Below are positions 38,160 through 46,335 of a DNA stretch of 64,000 nucleotides, piece after piece. Under the pieces are notes generated by a model. The model worked only from the letters and a program-made list of their open reading frames with translations. It had not been told where the DNA came from and did not search any database. Made by a program: the position numbers and the translations under genes. Each line of letters opens with the position of its first letter. Position 1 is the first letter of the stretch. This DNA is from a virus, in the IMG/VR virus record IMGVR_UViG_3300045988_103228, positions 1-64,000 of that record. The stretch is one strand, 5' to 3'.

Positions 38160-38756
38160 TTATTCTTTGCTAGTATTGTTTATATCGGATCTTCTATAAG
38201 GCAGTCCATAGTATTTACACCACTTACGAATAGAAGTTCCTGTTACACCATACTTTTCTCCAACTTTAGAAAATGACATAACACGGATATCTTTTTCAAG
38301 CTGACTTCTTTCTGGCAACCCTTTAGATCTTCTGTATGGAAGACTATAAAGACATTCTTTGCATAGTGTCCCTTTTGTTCTTGGACTCAATTCTTTCCAA
38401 CATTTTGCGCAAGATTTTGTCTCGCGCTTTTTGCGTTCGTTCTTTCCTTTTTGTATTGTTTCTTTCTTCGGGAACTTGATTTCATTTTCAAGCATAAGTT
38501 CTCGTGCTTTTTCATACCAGCTTTTAGCTATGTAATTTATTCCCACTTTTCCTAACGCCTCACCAATAGACTTCGATGTTTTAAGCGCCTTTACAAACTC
38601 TTCATCGGATACAGCTCTATGTCTCTTAATATTTCTCCCGCAATAATTTTCTGTTTGTGAATGACAATTAGGACACAGTAGCTTGAGATTTGATAACTCA
38701 TTATTCAGCCTATCTCCATCAATATGATGAACTTCTAACGAAATTTCCTTTCCCAT
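38160..38756 (-). CDS. HNH homing endonuclease with a C-terminal HTH DNA-binding region
   Basis: 198 aa. N-terminal HNH motif LEVHHIDGDRLNN...NLKLLCPNCH. C-terminal HTH-like KVGEKYGVTGTSIRKWCKYYGL. Adjacent to the tRNA cluster, as with seg/HNH genes in T4-like tRNA regions. Confidence 0.75.
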   Translation of the reverse strand: MGKEISLEVHHIDGDRLNNELSNLKLLCPNCHSQTENYCGRNIKRHRAVSDEEFVKALKTSKSIGEALGKVGINYIAKSWYEKARELMLENEIKFPKKETIQKGKNERKKRETKSCAKCWKELSPRTKGTLCKECLYSLPYRRSKGLPERSQLEKDIRVMSFSKVGEKYGVTGTSIRKWCKYYGLPYRRSDINNTSKE

Positions 38757-38873
38757 CTATTCCTTGTTTCCACAGCATTCACATTTATGTTCTCTTATGA
38801 GTAAGAGCGATTCTCTTAACCCTTTGAATGGAACGCCCTGTTTAAATCTTGTCAAATCAATATTACCTTTATT

Positions 38874-39056
38874 CTAACCTTGTCCCGTAAAATAAGAAGT
38901 GTCAATATTATTTTCGTCTGCATATGTTTGGATTACATCCCTAGAGCTTCCTCCGAATTTGCTGTAACCAAGTTTCTCAGCCACAGTAGCCCAGTTGTTG
39001 CTCTCTTTAAAAATCTGCTCGATCTCTTCTTTTGAAAATTTTTCAATTCTTTTCAT
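38874..39056 (-). CDS. Small HTH-like protein (possible homing-endonuclease DNA-binding-domain remnant)
   Basis: 60 aa. SNNWATVAEKLGYSKFGGSSRDVI resembles NUMOD/HTH modules of homing endonucleases. Confidence 0.3.
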   Translation of the reverse strand: MKRIEKFSKEEIEQIFKESNNWATVAEKLGYSKFGGSSRDVIQTYADENNIDTSYFTGQG

Positions 39057-39090
39057 GAACTTGCCTCCAGTATTTAATAGGTGAATATTC

Positions 39091-39177
39091 GGACTCTGGT
39101 GCCCAAGGCGGTATTCGAAACCGCACGCGATATCTCACGCAAAGCTGTTTGGGAGCTTCATGTCTACCTCATTCCAT
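39091..39177 (-). tRNA. tRNA-Leu(CAA): tRNA-Leu (anticodon CAA), class II, with C at position 33
   Basis: Acceptor GCCCAAG/CTTGGGC. Anticodon arm AAGCT-CCCAAAC-AGCTT. Canonical T-arm GCGGTTTCGAATACCGC. CCA encoded. Lies inside the spurious plus-strand ORF 39081..39299. Confidence 0.55.
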
Positions 39178-39187
39178 CACTTGGGCA

Positions 39188-39236
39188 TATAATTGCCGGT
39201 CTTTCCCGGCTGTCAGCCCCGCGCAGGGCATTTTCG
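39188..39236 (-). terminator. Tandem hairpins downstream of the Pnkp-like gene (putative terminator or processing site ahead of the tRNA)
   Basis: gccggtctttcccggc and gccccgcgcagggc stem-loops, read on both strands. Confidence 0.3.
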
Positions 39237-39255
39237 GAGGAAGAAAATATCTTAG

Positions 39256-41466
39256 TTATTCGTGCCGATTCTCATAGAATTCATTCCGTAACTGAATAAT
39301 ACCCTTCTTGCAAAAAGATTCCTGGTCTTTCTCTCGTTGCTCACGCATCCAACCATAGAACAGGTTATCCTCAGCAGTAAACAACTTTGCGGTATTTTCA
39401 TAATAGCCACGCTTTTGAACGCTCTGCATAACACTACGCAAAAACTTCCAGTGTTTGTAGTAAGGAAGCTTCAGCTTGAACATAAAGTTCGTGCTATCCA
39501 GAAGGACAAACCCTTCAATATGTTCAAAGCCATGATGCAGATAGTTCTCGTTCATGACTCCCTCGTACCAAGGATAGAATTCACTCCAGCTCTCAAAGAT
39601 TTTAACCTTCTCCTTAATCTGCAAATGACACTTTTCAGCAGCACGCTTCAGATCATCGTAATCCATCACACTGAAGTTCATATCATTCGCAACAATATCC
39701 AGCAAAACAATGTGCGGTTTCTTGTATTCGATGATATGAGCATCATTTACAGGATCAATCACCTCAAAAATGATGGAACCATTCTCTTTTGCAACTTCCT
39801 TCAGATTCTTACGGTCTTCATCAGAAGTCGTATCCATGAGAATCTTTCGGAACATATCTGCAAAAGGCCCTTCAGGAGTGGATTTACTTGCAATGAACAG
39901 ACCATCCTGTTCTGCATCATACGAGACAATGCCAAGAAATCCGTTTTCCTTCAGATATGCAGTCACCGGGAACTTCAAAGTGTTCTGTAGGTTTCCAATT
40001 CTCGTTTCATTCCGCTCATCGACCGCAAAGAACTTATCATAGCTTCGAGCTACAATCTTATTCGTCTTTGTGTTAATGAACAATCCCCTTGCTTTGGTAG
40101 AAACCTCATCCCAGTGCTTCTTATAAAATGCTTCACGAGAGAAGTTGAAAGAAGAAATATCTCCGAATCGCTTCTCAAACACATATTTGCTTTGACGCAT
40201 CTTACTGACAAGTTCTGCGTTATCGAACTCAGTTTTCATTTCAACGGTAGTTTCAGTCTTTGACTCCTCTTTTCGGAACACATCATTCTTTGTTTCTACA
40301 CATTTGATTGACTGACCGTGTTCAAGTTCCACGCAACGGAGATATCCACCAAACTCGATTTTTCCTTCGAGGTTGTAGCACCGATGCCCCATATCAATAG
40401 GAACATCCTGCACATTTCGATGACCGAATATCTGAATGTAGCTATCCGGCATCGATTTTTCCCAAGACTCAGCCACGGTTAGCATATCAGGATAGCGACC
40501 AACACCCTTTACCATCTGGTCAGTAGACACGAATGGTAGAAATTCAGGCAAATAACTCAAACCACCATGGCTAACGAAGTATCTTTTCTCGTCGTAATCA
40601 AAATAGGAGCACTGTCCTACTCTCGAATAAACCTTACGAGCCGTATTATGGTCAATCCCTGCTTTGAAAAGCTGCGGACGAGTGTAGTTTGCGAACTCCT
40701 CGCTCTGAACCGGTTCATCATGGCCCCACTTGTTCAGCCACCGTTCGTGATTTCCTTCAAGGAGAATTACATTCTTCCGATTATTGTCTACAACATCACA
40801 AAGGAACTTGAACATCTCTACATTCTCAATACCGCGATCCAGATAATCACCAACAAAAATGTACAGTTCATCATCCTTCAGGTCACCAAGGTACTCTTTC
40901 AAGCAACTGTAACATCCATGTACATCACCGATGATATGAATTTTGTTCCAGTTGTTAAAGTCCTGCGGAACATAGTTCAATTTCTCAAGGACATTTATAT
41001 CTGACGAAAGTACAGTCACACCAGACGGAATCTTCTGTGTAGCAAATCGCGCATACATCTTATCAATAGCAGCATCTGGAACTCGCTTCAGAGGAGCACG
41101 AAGCGCATTACGCCGTTTACACTCATCAATCGGCAAATCAGTCATGTCGATGATGTACATTCTGTATCTGTACTGCTTTGCAAGATTCTTATAGCGATTG
41201 ATTTCAACAGTTTTAGAGTTCGTTGCATCAATCACGGTAAATTCACCGTGAGACATCCGAACCTCCAACAGTTTAAAGAGCATATCCCAGACAACATCAT
41301 CGTTCTGGGGAGAGATTTCCATTGTGCCAGCCGGGGTTTCCTGACCACCCTGACACATAAGGCGAATCGTATCGGCACTAAGCGTATACTTTTCCAGATC
41401 ATGCTCTTTAATATAGGTGGACTTCCCGCATCCTGGTGCTCCACGGAAAAGAAGCAAAGTTCTCAT
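39256..41466 (-). CDS. Polynucleotide kinase-phosphatase-ligase (bacterial Pnkp-like RNA repair enzyme)
   Basis: 736 aa with three domains. N-terminal P-loop kinase GAPGCGKST. Central calcineurin-like phosphatase GDVHG, GDYLDRG, GNHE. C-terminal ~350-aa nucleotidyltransferase/ligase-like domain with STKARGLFIN. Confidence 0.7.
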   Translation of the reverse strand: MRTLLLFRGAPGCGKSTYIKEHDLEKYTLSADTIRLMCQGGQETPAGTMEISPQNDDVVWDMLFKLLEVRMSHGEFTVIDATNSKTVEINRYKNLAKQYRYRMYIIDMTDLPIDECKRRNALRAPLKRVPDAAIDKMYARFATQKIPSGVTVLSSDINVLEKLNYVPQDFNNWNKIHIIGDVHGCYSCLKEYLGDLKDDELYIFVGDYLDRGIENVEMFKFLCDVVDNNRKNVILLEGNHERWLNKWGHDEPVQSEEFANYTRPQLFKAGIDHNTARKVYSRVGQCSYFDYDEKRYFVSHGGLSYLPEFLPFVSTDQMVKGVGRYPDMLTVAESWEKSMPDSYIQIFGHRNVQDVPIDMGHRCYNLEGKIEFGGYLRCVELEHGQSIKCVETKNDVFRKEESKTETTVEMKTEFDNAELVSKMRQSKYVFEKRFGDISSFNFSREAFYKKHWDEVSTKARGLFINTKTNKIVARSYDKFFAVDERNETRIGNLQNTLKFPVTAYLKENGFLGIVSYDAEQDGLFIASKSTPEGPFADMFRKILMDTTSDEDRKNLKEVAKENGSIIFEVIDPVNDAHIIEYKKPHIVLLDIVANDMNFSVMDYDDLKRAAEKCHLQIKEKVKIFESWSEFYPWYEGVMNENYLHHGFEHIEGFVLLDSTNFMFKLKLPYYKHWKFLRSVMQSVQKRGYYENTAKLFTAEDNLFYGWMREQREKDQESFCKKGIIQLRNEFYENRHE

Positions 41467-41544
41467 CGTTTTCTCTCCTTTTTATCAACGTATTATCGCT
41501 ATTTATTTATTTCCAATTCTTCATAAAATGTCTATTTTAGTTTA

Positions 41545-41565
41545 GTATCCTGTGTCATATAGTTA
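41545..41565 (+). repeat. Conserved intergenic 21-nt motif, copy 6
   Basis: gtatcctgtgtcatatagtta, ~75 nt upstream of the Pnkp RBS. Confidence 0.65.
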
Positions 41566-41577
41566 TGATGTTAAAAT

Positions 41578-41600
41578 CAAGGGGCCGAAGCCCCCTGTTT
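41578..41600 (-). terminator. Rho-independent terminator after the integrase-like gene
   Basis: ggggccgaagcccc stem with T-runs on both strands (bidirectional shape). Confidence 0.55.
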
Positions 41601-42527
41601 TTAATTTTTGTGGAAGTATTCGACCCAGCCCTTGTATCCCTGCCGGAAACTAATGTAAGCTACCTTGCTACACTTTCTTCCAATAATGTCTGCAAGAGGT
41701 TTTTTACCATTTCCGAAACTAAGCTCCGCAAGGTTGAACTCTGAATTACTCTTACAGTAATCGTAGACCTTCACATACTCACCATTTCTGGTCAGATGTC
41801 TTCGATCTAAAATCTTTGTATGATGTCTTTTTTCGAGAATGTCATTCAGCCTCACAAAATAACTATGGATTGTATTTACAGACATCTTCGGGTCGCTGTC
41901 TACACCAGTTCTATCCTCTGTTTTACGAAGAATGTAATCACCATTTATGACATAAAATGTTCTGTATCCTCCCATATTGGGCGCATCATACTGTTTCATT
42001 TCATAACACTGCTTGATGATATCCATCAACCTTGCGTCAACATCAGTCCTATCGAGGACAGTACGAGATTCAAAGTCTACATCGTTAATTGTTAGATTAG
42101 AAACCTCACTAGAAGTAAGACCGATCCAGTACAAAACAGCAATCACATTCATACGAATCTGATACGCTTCTTCATACTTGTTTAAGAAACCAACAAACTC
42201 ATCAACCGATGCAAAATACTTATCCTCGTACATATTGTCTGAACTCACATCGCTCTCTGAGAATTCAGCCAAATCATACATGCTTGTACGATTTTCGTTC
42301 TTGATATAACCAGTGATTATCGATTTCACATTTCTGAATGAACGACTTGAGTTTACCCAATTGTATTTGGCAAACATCTTTACAAAATCATCTTTTGTGA
42401 AGTCGAATAGCTCATACCCGCACTCCGCTTCGTAGTCCATAACATGGTTAAGTGTCGATATAACAAACTCGCCGCTTCTATCAGAATACTTTTCAGCAAA
42501 AGCGTTGATCTTTTCTTCAGTAAGCAT
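41601..42527 (-). CDS. Hypothetical protein with divergent tyrosine-recombinase-like features
   Basis: 308 aa. IAVLYWIGLTSSEVSNLTINDVDFESRTV resembles the integrase box I region. HSYFVRL and a C-terminal VAYISFRQGY are weak matches to box II and the catalytic Tyr. Confidence 0.3.
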   Translation of the reverse strand: MLTEEKINAFAEKYSDRSGEFVISTLNHVMDYEAECGYELFDFTKDDFVKMFAKYNWVNSSRSFRNVKSIITGYIKNENRTSMYDLAEFSESDVSSDNMYEDKYFASVDEFVGFLNKYEEAYQIRMNVIAVLYWIGLTSSEVSNLTINDVDFESRTVLDRTDVDARLMDIIKQCYEMKQYDAPNMGGYRTFYVINGDYILRKTEDRTGVDSDPKMSVNTIHSYFVRLNDILEKRHHTKILDRRHLTRNGEYVKVYDYCKSNSEFNLAELSFGNGKKPLADIIGRKCSKVAYISFRQGYKGWVEYFHKN

Positions 42528-42580
42528 AATGGCACACTCCTTCTTATTATATGTAGTGTACCATTAACCCTTATAAAAAA

Positions 42581-43000
42581 TCAAGCAAATGCGGCAAAAT
42601 TCTGAAATTCCATAGTATGTTGTACGCCGCTCACGAACGCCGAGATCAAAAACGGTTCATCCTTGCATCTGGCCATTGCGATCATATTCATATGACGCTC
42701 AGACAAGACACCAAGCTTTTTGATAAACTGCCCTTTGTTAAGTGTGTCAGTCTCTTCACAGAGAACGATACTGTCAACCTCTAGGAAATCGCAATCTTCC
42801 TTTGAGAGCAGGACATGAACCGGAGAACGCTTGTATGTTCTGGAAGACAACGGATTCCCTTTGATTGTGGGACTGAAGAAGTTGCGCTTATTGTTACTCG
42901 TCACAACGAACGGTCGAATACCGCGCTGCTGATGACCTGTCGCATTGGATAGATCAACCAACCAAACCTCTCCGACCTTTGGGTCAATATTGTTGTCCAT
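42581..43000 (-). CDS. MazF/PemK-family endoribonuclease toxin-like protein
   Basis: 139 aa. GEVWLVDLSNATGHQQRGIRPFVVTS aligns to the MazF N-terminal motif (GDIVWVDFDPTVGHEQAGKRPAVVLS). Further similarity across the MazF fold. No MazE-like partner adjacent. Confidence 0.6.
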   Translation of the reverse strand: MDNNIDPKVGEVWLVDLSNATGHQQRGIRPFVVTSNNKRNFFSPTIKGNPLSSRTYKRSPVHVLLSKEDCDFLEVDSIVLCEETDTLNKGQFIKKLGVLSERHMNMIAMARCKDEPFLISAFVSGVQHTMEFQNFAAFA

Positions 43001-43036
43001 AGTCTTTCTCCTCTATAATAGTGTAGCTCCGTTCCA

Positions 43037-43057
43037 TAGCTATATTATACAGGATAC
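43037..43057 (-). repeat. Conserved intergenic 21-nt motif, copy 7 (inverted)
   Basis: tagctatattatacaggatac, just upstream of the mazF-like RBS. Confidence 0.65.
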
Positions 43058-43091
43058 CTTTACAGAAGTCAATAGGTTTTCGAAAATATTT

Positions 43092-43418
43092 TTAGTGCCC
43101 GTACAACTCTGGATTCTCTGATACGAACACGCTGGTGTTATCGAAGATCATCTCATACGCTTTCTCTTTATCGCCCGGCCTAAACTCAACCCTCCTTACT
43201 TCGTAGCATTCTTGCCGCAGCTCAACATGACTTTCGTTTCCAAAAAATCCAATGCCTTTGACAATCCCATGTGTCTCTACACCAATATCGTTCATCTTCT
43301 TGCAGATCATGTGAACATCCACACCATTACAAATAAAGCAGACCCACACTCGCTTTTTTCTTATGTACTTCAAAAAGTTTTCAACCTGTATAATTTCCAA
43401 AACCTTTTTCTCACTCAT
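43092..43418 (-). CDS. Hypothetical protein
   Basis: 108-aa ORF. Confidence 0.45.
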   Translation of the reverse strand: MSEKKVLEIIQVENFLKYIRKKRVWVCFICNGVDVHMICKKMNDIGVETHGIVKGIGFFGNESHVELRQECYEVRRVEFRPGDKEKAYEMIFDNTSVFVSENPELYGH

Positions 43419-43456
43419 TGAAATACCGCCTTCCGCTCACATAAACAACTTTCAAG

Positions 43457-43509
43457 ATATATTATACACATCTTTTTGTTTTCGTCAATATATTACACAT
43501 CTTTTTGTT
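43457..43509. repeat. Direct repeat pair ATATATTA(T)ACACATCTTTTTGTT (2 copies, ~30 bp apart) upstream of 43092..43418
   Basis: Copy 1 at 43457-43480 and copy 2 at 43488-43509, read directly. Confidence 0.5.
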
Positions 43510-43541
43510 GTATTATTTATCGAAATTTTAGATGATGCCAT

Positions 43542-44168
43542 TTACTCAGCATCATCCACAACCAGCTTCGCGTCATAATAAAACCTGTGTGCGCCAAATT
43601 GTCCAGCAAATGTTGCTCCTCGCTCGTGCCAACTGCCGGGAGCTGCCGCCGGGGTTACAAACCATTGAATAGGTTTGTCCGAAATCTTAGCGCCGTAGTC
43701 AAACACCATAGATACGGCCAGCTCGTTCTCTGCCGTCACATTCCTATTATATAAGGTACTATACCCATACTTCTTAAAGACTTCCTGTATTGTAATCCCA
43801 TCAATCACAGCAGAATCATAAAGACATTGAGCCACAGCCATCTGACCTTCTAAGCTATCAGCACCTGCTTCACAAGCAACGATCTGCTCTGCAAGAGCAC
43901 GCTCGTCATCGGTGAGTTCGCATTTCCCCTGGCTAAAGTTCACCACTTTCGTCTCAACAACAGTCTCTACAATGACTTCTGGCTCCTTTTCCTCTTGCTG
44001 CACAGTACTCACTGCCGGAGGACTACTATTATAAAGGTACGAATTGCTCTGATTCTGAATCACCGGGCTGATCTTCGATACCAGATTCCCTGCCAGCAGG
44101 CACATTATACATATAATAGCAATACTTTGCTCACGATTTATTAACAAATTAGGGTTAATAAGAATCAC
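43542..44168 (-). CDS. Cell-wall hydrolase, SleB-like (Hydrolase_2 family) with N-terminal TM/signal anchor
   Basis: 208 aa. ALAEQIVACEAGADSLEGQMAVAQCLYDS matches the Hydrolase_2 core. Hydrophobic N-terminus. Confidence 0.6.
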   Translation of the reverse strand: MILINPNLLINREQSIAIICIMCLLAGNLVSKISPVIQNQSNSYLYNSSPPAVSTVQQEEKEPEVIVETVVETKVVNFSQGKCELTDDERALAEQIVACEAGADSLEGQMAVAQCLYDSAVIDGITIQEVFKKYGYSTLYNRNVTAENELAVSMVFDYGAKISDKPIQWFVTPAAAPGSWHERGATFAGQFGAHRFYYDAKLVVDDAE

Positions 44169-44189
44169 TTCCTTTCAAAAATATTGGTT

Positions 44190-44501
44190 TTATAAGTCAT
44201 GCTCTGCAATGTATGGCCCATACAGACATCTTTTTACATCGTTGTTGAATAGCATACAAGCCACTTTTCCAAATGTTTGATATGCAGCCTCTACGACTTC
44301 AAATTGAAGTGCCTCTGGAACATCTTGCAACTGCAGCAAGTTAAGCGTTCTGCTGTACACTCCATCGTTTTTATCTTTCTTGAGACATATAACATCAAAC
44401 ATATCATCACAAAGCGCAAGAAGTTCAGTAGGGCCAAGATTGTTGTTAATGTATCGTCGAGCAGATTCTCGTTTGGAATCTGGAATCACTATAAGTTTCA
44501 T
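44190..44501 (-). CDS. Hypothetical protein
   Basis: 103-aa ORF. Confidence 0.45.
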   Translation of the reverse strand: MKLIVIPDSKRESARRYINNNLGPTELLALCDDMFDVICLKKDKNDGVYSRTLNLLQLQDVPEALQFEVVEAAYQTFGKVACMLFNNDVKRCLYGPYIAEHDL

Positions 44502-44526
44502 AAGACTGCCTCCTATAAAAGATTAG

Positions 44527-44696
44527 TTTTACTCTACGCTTTGTTCGTCTTTGCAATTTGCGTCCAACACTCGGAATCCATCTTCCCAGTCGAATTCTTC
44601 TTGCTTCATCTCTCTTGCAATTCTACAAGCATCCCACGCATCGACAGAATCGATTTCAACGTATCCGTGTTTTGTGATTGACACAATATACTTCAT
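44527..44696 (-). CDS. Hypothetical small protein (55 aa, hand-translated)
   Basis: MKYIVSITKHGYVEIDSVDAWDACRIAREMKQEEFDWEDGFRVLDANCKDEQSVE. Fills a gap the >=60-aa track leaves empty. Confidence 0.3.
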
Positions 44697-44717
44697 AGTG
44701 TAACCTCTCCTTAAATC

Positions 44718-44891
44718 TCAGCTCTTATCAGAATTTTTAAAACGGCATGATAATGGCGCACACATATCAATCTGTTCAAGTCTTACCAATTTTTCATTTC
44801 CTTTTACTTTGACAAAAACAATTGCTCCACAATCCAAAAATTTATTTACAGTATCAATAGCTCTTGCAAATTCCTTCGTATTATCTTCCAT
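44718..44891 (-). CDS. Hypothetical small protein (57 aa, hand-translated)
   Basis: MEDNTKEFARAIDTVNKFLDCGAIVFVKVKGNEKLVRLEQIDMCAPLSCRFKNSDKS with upstream RBS GGAGG. Confidence 0.3.
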   Translation of the reverse strand: MEDNTKEFARAIDTVNKFLDCGAIVFVKVKGNEKLVRLEQIDMCAPLSCRFKNSDKS

Positions 44892-44924
44892 AACACATCC
44901 TCCTAAATCTTAACTTTTATCACA

Positions 44925-45224
44925 TCAACTACGTTCTTTAATCAAACCATTAGCCGATGCCTCTGCTCTTAATTTTATGAGTTCTTTCTTTGTTTCAAAA
45001 TTTTTCTCATATCTTTCCATAAAAGCCCGAACGTTCATGTTCTTCTGGTTATTCGGAAAGATAAATTCATCTAAAATACCATCTTTTGTTACCGTATAAA
45101 TATCCTTTGATGTATACTGTTTTTTCAATTTCACCTCAAAGCCATATTTTAATAGCCAAGAGATAGCTAGTTCCTCTTGTTTATTAAAGTCCCATTTTTT
45201 ATTTTCAAGTCCTTGTAAATTCAT
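44925..45224 (-). CDS. Hypothetical protein
   Basis: 99-aa ORF. Confidence 0.45.
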   Translation of the reverse strand: MNLQGLENKKWDFNKQEELAISWLLKYGFEVKLKKQYTSKDIYTVTKDGILDEFIFPNNQKNMNVRAFMERYEKNFETKKELIKLRAEASANGLIKERS

Positions 45225-45329
45225 AAGTCCACCTCATTCCATGCTTGCGCATTCTGTGATTATGCAAAGTTTAACAGCATAACCAGTTATCGTCAAGCTT
45301 TTTACAGCAATCTCATAAGAACCCGGATT

Positions 45330-45545
45330 TTATCGACCATTGTGCATTGCATCTTCGATCTTGCCATTGATAGAATCGATTTCACGCATCAGCTTACAGC
45401 GGTAGTTGCCGTTCTTGTCAAGTCTAAAACATAAATCATTATCGTCACTCTTGTAACCAATGTAGCATCCAGACCGACACAGACTCGTTACATCAAGCGC
45501 ATCTTGTATAACTCGTGCTTCATTGAGAGTCAAATCAATTTTCAT
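45330..45545 (-). CDS. Hypothetical protein
   Basis: 71-aa ORF. Confidence 0.4.
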   Translation of the reverse strand: MKIDLTLNEARVIQDALDVTSLCRSGCYIGYKSDDNDLCFRLDKNGNYRCKLMREIDSINGKIEDAMHNGR

Positions 45546-45560
45546 CGTTGTTCACCACCT

Positions 45561-45785
45561 TTACTCTTCTGCCTTTCCTCCGATACCACAGATAAATACC
45601 TTATGCTTTCCAATCTCGTTACGCTGCCAGTCACCGCCGAGCACTTCAACAGCTTTTAAAAGCCCTTCGTAATACATTTCGTCTGGATTACGATTAAATC
45701 CTCTTGCAAGAATATATCGCTCATCCAGATAACCAGCTAATCTTAGAACGCCAGCCCGCAGTTCTTTTTCTTTCATGTTTGTCAT
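45561..45785 (-). CDS. Hypothetical protein
   Basis: 74-aa ORF. Confidence 0.4.
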   Translation of the reverse strand: MTNMKEKELRAGVLRLAGYLDERYILARGFNRNPDEMYYEGLLKAVEVLGGDWQRNEIGKHKVFICGIGGKAEE

Positions 45786-45805
45786 TTTATTTTACTCCTT
45801 ATTTT

Positions 45806-46330
45806 TTACATATCCTGATTAACAACATTCCATACCTCGGTCGAAATACTGTCGTTCTCATCAGACAAGCGATCAATCCAAGCGTTCAACACTTCACGGT
45901 ACACTGTCATATTCGGACAAAAATGACTGTTGGTGAATACCGGCATATCGTCATTGCACAAGATTCTCATGATGGCAGCACACACAGCGGCAGATCTCGA
46001 TACGCCAGCAGCACAATTCACGCAGAACCAATCGGTCTTATCTTCCTCGTGATTATCAAGAACAAACTTCACAATATTCTTGGCCTGAACATCCGTAATG
46101 CAGGTGCCTTCCAAATCAGTAGTGCAATCATCAAACTTCAGCGGAAGGAAAGTAATATTCCCCTCACATTTATGAAAATCAATATGATAACCATTAGCTT
46201 CAGTAATTGAGATAAACCGAATCCGTTCAAAATGCGGCTGTCGGATAAAGTCTTCTGCATCTTCTGCACTCATCACCGAAAACTTCCATTTTCTTCGATA
46301 CATAGTAATAATCATTTCATTTTCCTCCAA
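45806..46330 (-). CDS. Dual-specificity/protein-tyrosine phosphatase (CX5R active site)
   Basis: 174 aa. CVNCAAGVSRSAAV is the HCxxGxxRS(T) P-loop. Confidence 0.7.
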   Translation of the reverse strand: MEENEMIITMYRRKWKFSVMSAEDAEDFIRQPHFERIRFISITEANGYHIDFHKCEGNITFLPLKFDDCTTDLEGTCITDVQAKNIVKFVLDNHEEDKTDWFCVNCAAGVSRSAAVCAAIMRILCNDDMPVFTNSHFCPNMTVYREVLNAWIDRLSDENDSISTEVWNVVNQDM

Positions 46331-46335
46331 AGAAT

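Noticed and set aside
39081-39299. 72-aa plus-strand ORF and a plus-strand T-arm-like hairpin
   Set aside because: The region folds as a minus-strand class-II tRNA (Leu-CAA) with encoded CCA. The plus-strand reading is spurious.
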